Positions 27,174 to 53,475 of a stretch of DNA of 64,000 nt are shown one piece after another; position 1 is the first letter of the stretch; the number at the start of each line of letters is the position of its first letter. Made by a program: the position numbers and the translations under genes. This DNA is from Amoebidium appalachense (taxonomy: Eukaryota > Protista > Ichthyosporea), in the NCBI GenBank assembly GCA_963693365.1, contig CAVNZM010000014.1:6696001-6760000 (forward strand). Reading direction: 5' to 3'. The notes under the pieces were generated by a model. That model saw nothing but the letters and a program-made list of their open reading frames with translations, was not told where the DNA came from and ran no database searches.

Positions 27174-28446
27174 CCACACACACACGCACACACACACACA
27201 CACACAAACACACACACCGACACATACGCACCACACACGTACGTCGACATCCCACTACCGGCGTACCGTGACAGAGGAGGCCTAATGAGTTGAGAAGACA
27301 GACGGCAACTGAAGCTACTCACGCACAACAGTTAAAATCAAACTGGGCCATGCAAAATCGGGTGTCCGAGTGTGTGGGCGGGCGCGCATGGCCCGCGCGC
27401 ATACACACACACACACACACAAACACGAACACGCACAAGCACGCTCCCACTAACAAACACAAGAATACACACACACACAGATACACCATGACGTACACGT
27501 ACAAAGCAAAAGCTGCGGAGCTGGGGGACAGGCGGGGGGGGGGGGGGGGGGGGGAGGGGGGGGAGGGAGGAACGCAAATTACTGTAATGCCAGTGTATGC
27601 AAGTGAGGAAAGGCGGGAGGGCCGAAAGGAGAGGTGGGGAGGGGCGGGGGGATGCAGAAAAAACAAAAGGGGGGGAAGGAACTGTCTTCTGGGAAGAGAG
27701 GGGGGGGGATGGTAGGCAAATTCACTTTAGGTCACTGAAGAGGCTAAGAATCTCAGTGCGGCAAGGTTTGAAGCCTCGGAAAACTCGGAGATCAAATAAT
27801 CACCCCTATCCCCCCCCTCCCCTCCGCCCCCATCCCCTCCTTGCCAAAAAAAAAGGGGGGGCGCGGGGAAGGGGGGCGGGGGGGGGGGGGGAGAGAGGGG
27901 GGGAGGGGGGGGGGGGGGCGGGGGGGCGGGGCTGCCAATTACTTTTTTTTTCTTTCTTTCTTTTTTTTTTTTTTTTTTTTGGGGGGGGGGGGGGAGGGGG
28001 ATAGGGGGAGAGAAAGATCAAAATTGGGAGGCCAGTTGCATATTGTTTAAGGCCCGGCTAGGTGTTTGCTACTAACCGAATATGAATACAGGGCCCTGCC
28101 CTGCTAATTGCTCGTGTGCTTTTAAAATTTCATTCGTGATGGAAACCAGTCCATGCAAGCGCCATAGCTGTGCATTTGCTGCGGGCCTCTATTCTCGTAC
28201 GTCAAGATGTGTACATGTCTAATTAGACCGTATCATTTAAAGAACACTGATGTCTATAATACTAAAAAGCCTTGCGGAAGGGGGAAAAACGAAAAAAAGT
28301 GCTTCGCCGATGATATGGCAGAGTGGTTCAAGTGCTTTGCATTGTCGTGCTACACAAAACGGTGACAAAGGTTGCCGCGATACGTACTATTAGTGCCGAC
28401 ATTCAGAACTACTGTGAAGCATGATGTGAATGACATTCAAGGCGTG

Positions 28447-28498
<52 letters not shown>

Positions 28499-28510
28499 CT
28501 GTCTGTGTGC

Positions 28511-28547
<37 letters not shown>

Positions 28548-28849
28548 ACTGTATGTGTGTGTGTGTGTCTGTGTGTGTGTGTGTGTGCGTGCGCGCGCGT
28601 GCGTGCGTGCATGCCGGCGCGCACGCGCACGTGTGTGGAGGTGTGTGCACGTGCGTGTGCGTGCGTGTTTGTGTGCGTGTTCGTGCACATGCATTTGTTG
28701 TGTGACAGGCATGCCGCGTAGTTGGGGTTGTGTGTATAAATTGTGTACATGTGCACATGTGGCACATGGCCCATGGTTGAACACACGTACGTACGTAGCA
28801 CGCTGTAGGTGTCTTTGTGGTATGAATACTATCACAAAATATCATTGAA

Positions 28850-30371
28850 TCAATTATCGCAATCAGAATCGAAGTCATAATAGTAAGCAAGCTGCGTGTG
28901 AGACATGCTCTGTGCCCTCTTTATAAATGCGCCCAAATCTTCAAAACTGGGCGCATCATTCATGTCACGCATGCTGTGTACCTTATCCATCTTCCTCTCG
29001 TTTATCGTCTTTGCCCTCCTCAACTGCCCTACCTCGTGCTCTACAAGCAGGGTCACTTTCTTGTTCAATTCCTCCCTCTCTGCTCGTTTTTTGGCTTCAT
29101 CTCGCTCATCCACAAGTGCCATACGCCAGTTTGCCGCCGATGTCTTTCGTGCTTTTTTCGGGTTGGGGCTTTGCCTACTCAACATAGAAATCGTGGACTG
29201 TACACACTCCAAGGTTAGCTTTGTGGCCACCTGATATGTGCATGTAGGTTTCGCGAATGCGTTTTCTTCGTCGATGCTTTTTTTGGAGGAGAAAACGCGC
29301 AATCGAAAACCGTCTTTCCGTGGCCGGGAACTCTTTCTACGTCTGCAGTGTGAGGAAACGCCTGACTCAGAAATGTCCGGTTTTTGCTTCGTGGCCTCCT
29401 TGTGTGTGTATGAGTGTGTTTCGATTGTCTCAATATTCTTTTCGTTTTGTATGCTATCGCTTGAGGGGGTGCTAGAGAATATGCCCATGGAAACGCGAAG
29501 ACCAAAAGACTTGGCCGTTTGTCGGACTCCCTTCTGGGAACGTTGGCCGTTGGCAAAGGACTCGACAGACATCTCCGACTTGCTGTAAAGAACATGTTAG
29601 GATTCCTGTATATCTAGATCTAGATATATGCAGGAAAGGTGTGCTGTACATGTCACCATGCATATGAACGGTGCACGCGTCTTTCAAACGAAAAAACAGA
29701 GCCATATACATGCAGCTATGGGAGTCTCGACTTACACGTGGGGCCTTTGTTCTTCGTTATCATATTGATCTTAGCAAAACAGAACTGCCGTGAGGTGAAG
29801 TTGCTGCTAATAAACGATCCCCAACCCTACGTGGTCATAAAATAACCATTCCTCCTCCCCCTCCTCCTCTCCCCCCCCCCCTCCCCCCCCCCCCCCCCCC
29901 CCCCCGCCAACCCACCCACCCCCCGGCCCCCCCTCCTCCTCACGGGTTCTCCCCCTGCCCAGTATACTATAGTACATCATTATTATCATATGGCAACACC
30001 GTCATACAAATGGTGCTAAAAATGCATGTCCGAAACCCGAAACACGCCAAGATTATATAATACATCTGTAACTTTAGATAGCAAAGTGTGTTTATGGATA
30101 CCAATCGGACCATCATTCAGAGTACAGCGGCAAGCCAGCGTGTGCATGTATCAGTGGTGTATGTACACTGTATGGTTATAAAGTAGATGTAGCGGCATCA
30201 CATGCGCATAATAATAGGCATGGCACGCTGAACCGCGAGGAAGGAGAAATAAGGCGTTATTTATAGGATTGTGAGGGGGGGGGGGGGGGGGGGGGGGGGG
30301 GGATTCCGAAAAAACTCCAATGCGTTTTAGATTTAGTTAGGAACTTACTTTGGCTTATTGGGGTGGTCCAT
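28850..30371 (-). CDS. Orphan family copy 2, hypothetical protein of about 251 aa
   Basis: Exon 1 at 30371-30349 (MDHPNKP, then AA|GTAAGT). Exon 2 at 29582-28850 after TCCTAAC...TTTACAG. Clear paralogue of copy 1 (VQSTISMLS.QSPNPK, AANWRMALVD, PS.EDL..FIKRA, acidic tail). Confidence 0.75.
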
Positions 30372-31552
30372 TTTCTATGACCTCGACGAGTCCGCTACTT
30401 CAAAGGTCTGCTGCGCGCGGTCACGGTCGCCGTGTACATGTAGATTTGTTGTTGCCTTCAAGAACAAGTGCACATTATATACCATGCAAGGCAACTCAAT
30501 GGAATGTCCCCCTAACTCGCAGATCTCGTGGCCTCAAATGACTGTTATGTAGACACCTTGTAGACGCCTAGAATCTGGTGTCTGCTTTAACCACAAAACA
30601 TTCTTTACTTCTTTTTTTTTTCTTTTTTTCTTTTCATAATAGCACGCACTTTATATTGCATGTAACTATCAAGGGCGAAGTTACTGTAGTGGTACATGTA
30701 CTACAGCAATGGGATTGTGCAACAATGCAAACAATGCAACAGCCAATTGATAGCCTCCTTTTAGGGGGGGTTCTATATCATGCCGCAAGTTTATCTCACT
30801 GAAATCTGCCTATAAGAAGGACTCCTTCTGAAGGAGAACCTGGTCTTTAAGAGAAGACCGCATATATAGCTCAAGTTTTCAAATATATCATGGCATCTGA
30901 AACTTTTTGAAAGGCAAGCAATTCTTCTCTTTCATTCACTTATTTTTTCGGATACACTGCGGCACCGGCGCATGCCTGCAGCATATATATATTTGCCATG
31001 ATATATAACGATGGCTAATACTAGTGCTGAGTGTGAGTCACATACACCTCTTAGAAGTTTATTCTGTTGACAGGATTTATTCAACCGATAGATGTGGAAG
31101 TATGCATGGCATATGTACTTATAAGACAAGAAAGAAAAAAAACTGTTCGAGTTAGCCAACAGCAAGTTCCTACTTTGATAAATTAAATGACACTATGAAA
31201 ATTATTAAAAATTTACTGGATCACGCTCTCTGGTGATCCTAAAGGGATCTGCTTTTGAATCTTGAATTCTTTGATCACTTTGAACCAATCGCAACCAAGC
31301 GACTTATCCGGTGTAACCCCGTGTGATCACTCAGTCAAATGTCGCCTTCCAGGATATAGTATAGGAATATCACCTTCTTATTATTGATAGCACTGAATAC
31401 ATGTAGAAAATAGGTCAGCACAACACGTATTATTGGTGTTACGTGATATTGCCGCGACTATATATCGTCGTTTATGAAAGGCCACGGATCATGTTGCGAG
31501 ATACTGCGTATGCCCGGGGCCCGGGCCGGGCCCTGCCCGAGTGCCCGGCTGT

Positions 31553-31601
31553 AGCCACCTGGTGACGTCACTAATGAGCCACCTGATGACGTCACTCATG
31601 A
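31553..31601. promoter_or_regulatory. Tandem 24-nt repeat, each unit with an E-box (CACCTG) and a full CRE (TGACGTCA)
   Basis: AGCCACCTGGTGACGTCACTAATG / AGCCACCTGATGACGTCACTCATG, upstream of orphan copy 2. Confidence 0.4.
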
Positions 31602-32022
31602 AGCCCAAACGTGTTCGCACACCGCACCAGTACTAGTCAGACATGTGTGTCCCTGGACACTGTCCCATGGATCCGGATCACTGGCCTTGTATTATGGCTA
31701 CTCAAGATGTTGCAAACTTTTTTTACTAAATATTTGCATTTATAATAGGCCGAAAGCGCCAATAAAGAAGCTACCGCGTGAGTATGTACATGTAATGCTC
31801 AGTACATAGCTTGAATAGGAAACTTATGCCATTTGGAAGTCAAGTCAAAAGAAAATAAATATGTAAAGAGCGTCATTGTGCACTATGTATTCTGCACGGC
31901 TCCTCCCTCCGTCCGTCTCCCTCCCCCTCCCTCCCCCCTCCCCCTCCCCCCCCCTCCCCCCCTCCCCCTCCCCCCCCCCCCCAAAAAAAAACACATACAC
32001 ACACGCACACGCATGCACACAC

Positions 32023-32134
<112 letters not shown>

Positions 32135-32410
32135 TGACACACACACACGCACGCACGCACGCGCACACACACACACACGCAAAATTAAAAAATATAAATA
32201 ATAAAAAAAACAAAAGATTTAATGAAAAAAATAACTGAAACAGTTACAAAATATGGAATTCCGAGAACTCAAAAGCAGTAATAAATCAAAAAAACGGACA
32301 CCAAAAACCGTGAAAAGGCAGATAGACTATATATATAAACCACTGAAACAATTACCGTAGTAACACGAACAACAATCAGAAAACTTTTTCCAGGCAGCCG
32401 CAGAACCCCC

Positions 32411-32445
<35 letters not shown>

Positions 32446-32617
32446 TTTTCTTTCTGGTGGCCACCCCTCTACACACTAGGCCTAACATGTTTTCGTGCAC
32501 ATCCGTGGCCAGATATACCTTCTAACCCCCATGCATGCATATGCATGCAGACAAGCCTTCATCAGTACGGTTATTTTTCTAGAGATTTCCTTGGAAAGGA
32601 CTATTATCGGCCCCCCC

Positions 32618-32662
<45 letters not shown>

Positions 32663-32752
32663 GGTCCTTCCCCCCCCCTCCCCCCTCTCCCTACAAATTC
32701 TTTTTCCTCCCCTTCCAAATTCTCCGTGTCCCCCTCCCCCCTTCCCCCCCCT

Positions 32753-32789
<37 letters not shown>

Positions 32790-32958
32790 CCAGGGCGAAA
32801 AACACACACACTCATACACCGAACTTTAAGTCATGACAACCTGATATTCCACACACACACTGTCATACAAACACACACACACACCACACGTTTGCATACA
32901 CACCCTTGCACACATACTTACACACAGGGACACAGACACACAAACACACACACACCGT

Positions 32959-32998
<40 letters not shown>

Positions 32999-33407
32999 GA
33001 CAACGGGGTGTTGAGAGGCCCGGGGGGGGGGGGGGGGGAGGAAGGAGGAGGGGGGGAAGGGGGGGGGGGAGAGGGGGGGGAGGATGGAGAAGGAGACTCT
33101 GAGATTGGCGAATTACAGTTGTGCTTGCATGCAAGTGAAGACAGCCGGAAGGGGAGGGAGGGAGGGGAGGGGGGAGGGAGGGGAGGAGGGCCCGGGCAAT
33201 GCAGAAAAGAACAAAAGAGGGGAGGAGACTGTCTTCGGGGAAGAGGACGAGTCATGAGAGGGGGGGGGGGGGGGGGGGGGGTGGGGTTGGTGGATGGGTG
33301 GGGGGGACTCGAATGGCAAGTGAGGACACTTTAGGTCACTGAGGGAGACTCGGAATCCTAATGGGGAACAAAAATTTGAAACCTCCGAGTGTGAGAACGA
33401 TTTATCT

Positions 33408-33458
<51 letters not shown>

Positions 33459-33596
33459 AAAGAAAAAGAAAGAAAGAAAGAAAGAAAGAAAGAAAAAAGA
33501 AAAAAGACAGAATGAATGAAAGAAAGAAGAAACTTTAATAAAATGAAAGATCATATTAGGGAGGCCGATTGCATGCTTGTCATTTACGGCTTGGAC

Positions 33597-33706
<110 letters not shown>

Positions 33707-33892
33707 GGTGGGTGGGTGTGTGCGTGTGTGCGTGCGTGCGTGCGTGCGTGCGTGCATGTGTGTGTGTGTGTGTGCGTGCATGTGTGTGTGTGTGTGTGCG
33801 TGCGTGTGTGCGTGTGTGCGTGTGTGTGTGTGTGCGTGCGTGTGTGCGTGCGTGTGTGCGTGTGTGCGTGTGTGCATGTGTGCGTGCGTGTG

Positions 33893-33924
<32 letters not shown>

Positions 33925-34794
33925 CGTGCGCACGCTTGTGTGTGTGTGTGTATTTATTGCATGGTTGGGGGGAAGGGGGGGAGGGGGGGGGGGGGGGGGG
34001 GAGGCAGAGGAGGTAGAGGCAGTATAAAACCGTTACATCAAACTTATGAAGAGGTCCTTGGAGGAAGACAGATACTATGTCACAGGCTCTGAGAGCCAAA
34101 GCAGGTGCAAGCTTAACATGTTCATTGTGGGCCTAACAATCACCCGTGGCCGGCGACCTTTTAAGTTCTTGCCGGCAGCTACCAACAGTCTCCTCCGAAC
34201 GGTTTTTGTTCACCCCCCCCCCCCCCCCCCCCCCCCCAGCGGGAAAGACGATGACATACGCTCACGATATCGAAGCTCCCGGTTATTGTCATGCGTATTT
34301 GGTACTCGGCTGCCGATTGCAAACACGGAGACCTGCCCCATGATACACATGCCATGCGTACTTGCATTAAAACTAAACCATCGACTTTTTATTCATTATG
34401 GAGACCAGTCCCGATGATGCAAGCGCCGTAACTATATGCATGATGTTTCGGGTCTTGTTTCTGCAACTTCGAGAAATGAACAGGACTAGATGATTTAAAC
34501 TTACATCACACCGGTGTTTACAAGTGTAAAAATATACGTATGATAAAGTACTGTACTTTGGCACAGAGTAATTCAGGTGTTTGACATTGCCAGTTTTCGG
34601 ATATTGTATGTATGTGCTGGTGTTTTTTAATGAGTTTACACTTAGTAACTTTCAAACACATGTGCGAGCCTACACATACACTCAACACGGATAAAAAAAA
34701 AAAAAAAAAAAAGGGGGGTTGCTGCAATGCATGGGTGTTGGGGACAAAATTCAGAGTTAGTGCCGGGGTCATTCATGGTGAGCCTGTGTAAGAG

Positions 34795-34870
<76 letters not shown>

Positions 34871-35229
34871 CGCGCGTGTGTGTGTACGTGTGTGTGCGCG
34901 CGTGTGTGTGTTCGTGTGTGCGTGTGTGTGCGTGTGTGTGTGTGTCACGGTGTGTGTGTGTGAGAGTGTGTGCGAGTGTGAGTGTGTGTGAGTGTGTGTG
35001 AGTGTGTGAGTGTGTGTGTGTGTATGTGTGTGCCAGTGTATTTCATCAGTGTGTGTGTGTGTGCGCGTGCATTTGTTGTGTATACAGGCACGTTGCGTGG
35101 GTGGGCTTGTGTGTATATTTCGGGTATACATGCATGTGTGGCTGCGGCATGGTTGAGCCCACGTACGTAGCGCGCTTGGTAGGTGTCTTTGTAGTATGAA
35201 TGTTGCTCTGGGGGTATCGTAGTCAATCA

Positions 35230-35960
35230 TCATTCACAATCCGAATCTGAATCATAATAATACGCCAGCCGCGTGTCAGACATGCTTGCAGCCCTTTTTA
35301 TAAATGCGTCTAAATCTTCAAAACTGGGCACATCATTCATGGCACGAAGACCCTCCACACTTTTCATCTCCCTCTCGTTCATCGTCTTTGCCCTTCTCAA
35401 CTGCCCTACCTCGTGCTCTACAAGCAGGGTCACCTTCTTTTTCAATTCGTCTCTCTCTGCTCGCTTTTTGGCTTCATCTCGCTCATCCACAAGTGCCATA
35501 CGCCAGTTTGCCACCGATTTCTTTCGTGCTTTTTTCGGGTTGGGGCTTTGCCAACTCAACATAGAAATCGTGGACTGTACACGCTCCAAGTTTAACCTCG
35601 GAGACTCATGGGGTGGGCGTGTATGTTCATCGGTTGTGTCTTTTTCGTCGATGCTTTCGTTTGAGGAGAATCGAAGGCCGTGAGACTTTGCTGCTTGGAG
35701 AATTTCTTTCCGTTGCCGGGGACTCTTGCTACGTCTGCAGTCTCCAGCTGGGGAAACGTCAGAAAATTCCGCTTTTTTCTTTGCTGTCTCCTTGTGTGTG
35801 TATTGTCTCAATTTCTTCCTCTTGGATGCTCTCGCTTGAGGGGGTGCTAGAGAACATGCCCATGGAAAAACGAAGTCTCGGAGACTTGGCCGTTTGAAGG
35901 ATTCCCTTCCGGGGACTTTGGCTGTGGGCGGGCGGTTCGTGGATCTCGACCTCCGACTTG
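35230..35960 (-). pseudogene. Orphan family copy 3, frameshifted
   Basis: Same acceptor context (TTCTAAC...TAACAG|CAAGTCGGAG). A 14-nt deletion relative to copy 2 at ~35803 shifts the frame (IETIETHSYTHK becomes IET-IHTQG). No homologue of exon 1 seen upstream. Confidence 0.7.
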
Positions 35961-36198
35961 CTGTTAAGAAAAGAATGGTTAGAACTTTTGAATTCAGGAA
36001 AATGTTTGTGGTTGGCATGAATGTGCACCATTTTTCCAAACGAAATCAGACAGGCACGAGCATGGATTCGTAGTACTCAACATGTACTACAAGTTGCCAT
36101 GGCCCCTGGTCCCAAGTTCAGTCATACATAGGATAAATTAATACCCCCCCCCCCCCCCCCGTCCCGCCCCTCCCCCCTCCTCCTCCTCCACCCCCCGC

Positions 36199-36229
<31 letters not shown>

Positions 36230-36341
36230 TGTCCCCACTAGAACACACACACACACGCGCGCATACAACACACCGTGACATGCACACACACACGCACACA
36301 CACGCGCGTGCGTGTGCGCGCGCACCCGCACACACACACAC

Positions 36342-36445
<104 letters not shown>

Positions 36446-36823
36446 CACACATATAAGAAGGCATCGTACGCGTAGTCAAAGGTTTTAGTAACACTACACA
36501 GGGTCATTAATGCCCTTGTGACTGTATTTCACTGACTCTCTGCTATGTGTGCAAATATCTCTCTTCTATTTTCTTACATCAGCCTCTGTGTCTACGCACT
36601 GCACCGTCTCTCATATGCCTTCGTGTTGCTCTGGGCAGCCCCCCACCATCCTCCCCCCTCCCCTGGTCGCTCCCTGCCTCCCCGCCCCTCTCCTACCAGG
36701 GAGAATTTAATGGTGTGCCTGCACCTAGATATCCACGCTTTTGACGTGTGTTTGTCCACCCCCCCCCCCCCCCCCCACCAGAGCAATGCGCGCACACACA
36801 CACAACTGCACCGTGACACACAA

Positions 36824-36863
<40 letters not shown>

Positions 36864-36877
36864 CTGCACCCACACAA

Positions 36878-36959
<82 letters not shown>

Positions 36960-37199
36960 TCTCTGGCGACACAATCTTGAGGCATATCAATTATTATTCC
37001 TGTTTTATTGCTTTCAGTTGAACATGTTCAACATTATCATATCACCGCACGCATGATTAGCTTGAAAGTTCGTCAGGTTGTTTAAGAAGATATCCATACA
37101 GCAGATGCCTTAAATTTTCGAATCTAGTGCAAAAATTGTACAAAATTAGCACACTATTATTAACTACGTCTTCTATACTAGTACATATATCGTAATGCA

Positions 37200-38340
37200 A
37201 CGCCGGCTCCCTAATTTTCAATAAAATCCAGTAGCCGGGAAGCACGTGCTGGCAAGTCCTGGGCTATAGTGCTCAGGCATGGCACGTTCACACCGTCCAT
37301 ACAGACCCTCTAGCATATCGTACACCGTGCCCTGAACGAGTGGGTTACCCCCCGCACACATGTACATATGCGGCGCCAGGAGCACCAAGCAACGTGGGCC
37401 ACACACCACCAGTCTTGCCGTCGGCTGGGACGAGGCTGCTACAATATTCCTTGTTGCTGTCGCACGAAGAATCAACAGCAAGGTTGTAGTCTTTGTGCAT
37501 GCCCATGTTGTTCCGCGCATCACCGAGTTCCTTTTGCTCTGTTGCGTTCAGTGCAAACACCATCTCACTGATGTAGTTTGCATGCGTCACAACGGCAAAT
37601 GGTTATGGGCGCGCCTGAGGCCACCTTAGCTGCCACTTCCTTGGGTGGCTGCAGGTGGTGAGTGTTTGCGCAAGCCATGAGAGGAATGTGTCCCAGGTGC
37701 CTGCAAAGTAACGAGGTTGGCCTGTAGTGTTCGCCTCCGGGCCAGTGCAGCTGATGTTTGCCCACTCGTCAACATAAGTGAAGTTGAAACGGTTCAGGTC
37801 AACATGGCCGTTCGAAGCTGCATTTATGTATGGTGGCTAGCTGGTCGGTTGGTGACATGGGTATGTTGTATGGCTCCTGCTTCAGGCGGATGGTTTCATT
37901 TGTTCGCCCGCCCATAGTGTACGATGACTCACGTATATATGGTGCTTGGTACACTGTATGATTAGGGAACATGTGGTAAGATGTTTCTGTAAAGCGGAGC
38001 GCTGAGGATGCAAAAACGGCATCGGGCATTTGGGCCGCTTTTTTCGCCCATGCACGTTGCATCCAACTAACTCGAGGTGGATTGCGAGGTGTTCACGCCA
38101 TAATCGGTAAGAAGAGAGTCGCCAACCATGGCCCCCCAGCCAAAGGTCTGAGTCACGAGTGGATACGTCCATGCACTCGTAAAGGTTCCAATAGAAACAT
38201 GACATGCCGTGACGGAATATTTGAATGTTCACTTTCAGGTTTTTCAGTGTGTTGAGATTTGCTTGTTGGGAGCTTGAGGGAATGGCGGCGCCTGAGATAA
38301 GCCCGGCAGCGGCCAAAAGAGGACAAGTGTAAGACAGCAT
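37200..38340 (-). pseudogene. Secreted histidine phosphatase superfamily (branch 1, PGAM-like) pseudogene
   Basis: Signal-peptide-like start (MLSYTCPLLAAAGLISGAAIP), then IFRHG, GDSLLTDYG, PDAVFASSALRFTET and AVVTHANYI motifs spread over several frames with stops. A degenerate short intron follows RHG. Confidence 0.7.
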
Positions 38341-40318
38341 TTTAGTAGATAAGGTAGATAGTACGATAATATTTCACTGATTTCAGGTTATCAGGTCGGT
38401 GCCCAAGAACAAACTAAAAAATATCGTAGGAGCTGAAGTGGAATGCGAAACTGAAGACTGACTTTCTGGTGCTGCTGGGGCCCGGTTATGTATATACTTT
38501 ACTGCCGAATTCTGATTCGTGGACTGATTTTTTTGTTTCCTATTGTACAGCTCTATATGAGCGTAATCAGCGGCATAGTATAGGGGGAGCCATGAGGCTC
38601 GGGCAGGGTCTCGGCGGATCTGGTCTCTGCCTATGACTCCAAGTACAAATTCATATGCGTGTGATTGTGGGACAATCTCACTCATACATATAGCTCGCGT
38701 GCACGAGCTGTTTGATTGGTCCTGCTGCCCCGCAGCGAATGGCGCTGAGATCTTGATGACAGCAGTAAGGCTACGTAGGGCCTGAATAAGCTAGCATCAT
38801 GTTTTTAGTATGTCCTGGGAAACACCGACTGGCCGCCTACTTTACATGTGGTAGATATATTAGTAGAAGGCATTGCTTTTGGCGGCCCAACCGGTAGGTT
38901 AATGTGTAGACAGTGTAGTCATCTGGATGAATCGAGCCACCTGATTCTGGCAATGTTTGAAGACTTAGATTCAAAACATTCCAGAGCAGTTCGGGCTGCC
39001 AATCAGATTCGAGCAAAACAATCTGTCATAATATGCAAGAAGAGCCCAACTCGACGCAGCAGGTAAATACGGAGCAACAGGCTTGATGCCTGGAAGCTTC
39101 CGCTACAGCGACTTATCCTACCCTTTTCCACCTTTCCCGGGGCCATGTAATTTTGTTTATCGTACCATAATTGGTAATAAAGCAGATTGCGTAAAGATGA
39201 TTGACTGCTATGTTGACTGGTTCACACATAGCCAATCAGTAGCGTTTCATTGTCTGATTGGCTAATCAAGTATTCCCCGAGACTCCATCAGTCCCGGAAG
39301 CAGGCGTGACGGCGACGGCGTTATCGCATACACTTCCTGTCCCTCTTCTATGAAATAAATGTTCATGAATCATAATATTGTTCCCTCCTCATCGCAGCGC
39401 ATCTTATTGACGTCAAACACGAAGCCTTTTATTACAGTTAGCGTAATGAAACAAAGAGGCATGTCAAGCGATACATCCTGTTCAACGTCCGTTCCGCACA
39501 TCAATCCACATGCCACCCCAACATAACGACCTGGAAGTGAAACATTCTTGGGCTGAAGGTAACTTTAGCGCAGCGTGCCGTGAGTTACGAGGTAACCCAA
39601 AGGTGTGGGCCTTATTGACCAAACTTATCATCGTGGGCCAGTGTGCGCACAGTGAGGCAAGTGTGCATATATAACGAGTAAGTGTGTATCTGCTCCTGGG
39701 TCGTGCTTTATTTTAATCCCAGTTTGTCACCCGGCTTAGCTAACACAACCTATGCAATACTGACTACTAGCACACACACAGCCCAGATCTTTGCCCCAGC
39801 CTCTCTAATCGGCATGATGTGTCATGCACACACGTGTTCCTGTACGTTTCTATTGTAGACACTATCACCCCCACATAGCTGACAGCAGGAAGGGTCCCAT
39901 TACATGTGCATGTGTACGTGGTTGACACGTACTGCTGTGCTGTCTAACGAGTCGTGTACGCCTTATCCCTCCGAAAATATTATGCGAAAAAGGCGTGCGT
40001 GCACGTGCTTAGTATTGGCGGGGAATCTTGATTGATCACTCAACAGTCATCTGAATTTGTGTTGGGGTGTGTGTCGTTGCTTGCATGAGTACATGTACAT
40101 ACACAACTTTGGGCTAACCGGAGAACTATTCAATATAAAAACTACATTCGCAAGCTAGACAGTTACTCTCAGTGAGATTCAGGCCTACAACCACAGCGCT
40201 AGCGTTTATGACTCTCGGTATACGGCAAAGAAATACGGTAGCATCCACATAGGCTTTGAAACATCTTCCGAATCCCGTTCCTATTTTTTTGTCGTTTTGT
40301 TTAAACCACACCACCAAC

Positions 40319-52080
<11,762 letters not shown>

Positions 52081-52813
52081 TCGGGACCCGTGGTTCGTGT
52101 TCGGATTGCGAAAATTTCAGATTTAATCTAGGAGTAAGTTAGGACAAGATTAAATTGGGTATGATAACACTTTTGGTGGTGCTGGTGTGTGTGGTGGTAA
52201 TGTGATCAGGATCGGATTTGGATATTTTGGTTGTTGTGACCGAGATAGCCGTGGTACCCATTGGCCCTTTTATTTTATCGTAGTACTTGGCATTTTTTTT
52301 TTTTTTTTGGCGGTTGTAAAATGTATGTAAATAAATGTACATAAAAAGAACTAACCTTGACCTCGACGGATTTTACGTTTTTCCTGTAGAAAGATGTGCA
52401 CGTAACCACCCTGTCCGATTTATCTTTGGCCTCATGTGCATAGTCAAGTTTGTGAGAATCATTGCGATTTATAGCACTCTGCATGTAGGTAGCTACTTGA
52501 TGATGTACACACCACGGTGTGGGTTGCATATACTTCATATTTTTTGAAGCTCTAAATAAACTCCCAACGAAAAAAAACATCCTCTAATGGACAGGGTCAA
52601 AAAAGGAAAAAAACAATAATTGACAAAAGATTTTTCTCGGTTGGCCAAATTGGGTTAACCGTGCTTGGTTGTTGGATATCCGTGTATGCAAGGAGAGGCT
52701 GGTGACTGTCTATGGTGGTGGGGGTAGACCTAGGGTAGGAAGGGGGCGGACACTGATATGTGCGTGTGCGGGTGTATGCGTGTGTGTGTCGGGGGAGGGG
52801 GAGAGGGGGGAGG

Positions 52814-52875
<62 letters not shown>

Positions 52876-53038
52876 TGGGCGGAGCAAGGGTTGGGCCGAG
52901 ATTGAGGTTGGTTGGTGAATGGTTTTGGGGGGGAGGGGGGGGGGGGGGGGGGGGGGGGAAGGGAGGGGGGAGGGGGGAGCCTAGAGGAAACAGAAGCGGC
53001 ATTGGGAGACTCCGGTTGAGGTTTAAGTTTTTTTTTTT

Positions 53039-53082
<44 letters not shown>

Positions 53083-53423
53083 GGGGGGGGAGGGGGAACT
53101 AACTTTCCTGGGATGACATGACCCCCCCTCCCCCTCCTCCAAAGAATGTCTTCTCTTGTTCCACGTCCAAGAACATAACCCTAAAATACAAAGACAACTC
53201 GTTGCCTCACGGTAGGCTACTTCGTCATTCTCACCAATTCCATCCTGACTTGCCACCCTCTACCACAACGAAAATGAATGGACTTACAGAAGTATCTACG
53301 AGACACATACAAGTACACCACTTGCACATAGACCAATTCTGCATTTAGCATATGCATAGCATGACACAATAAATCATGCAAAGGCAGTACTGCAAACACG
53401 GAGAGCAGGCGTGCACGTGTCAC

Positions 53424-53475
<52 letters not shown>

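Noticed and set aside
35961-36039. N-terminus of the 269-aa ORF 35230-36039
   Set aside because: It runs through intron sequence and the wrong frame upstream of the 14-nt deletion, so it is not homologous to the paralogues.
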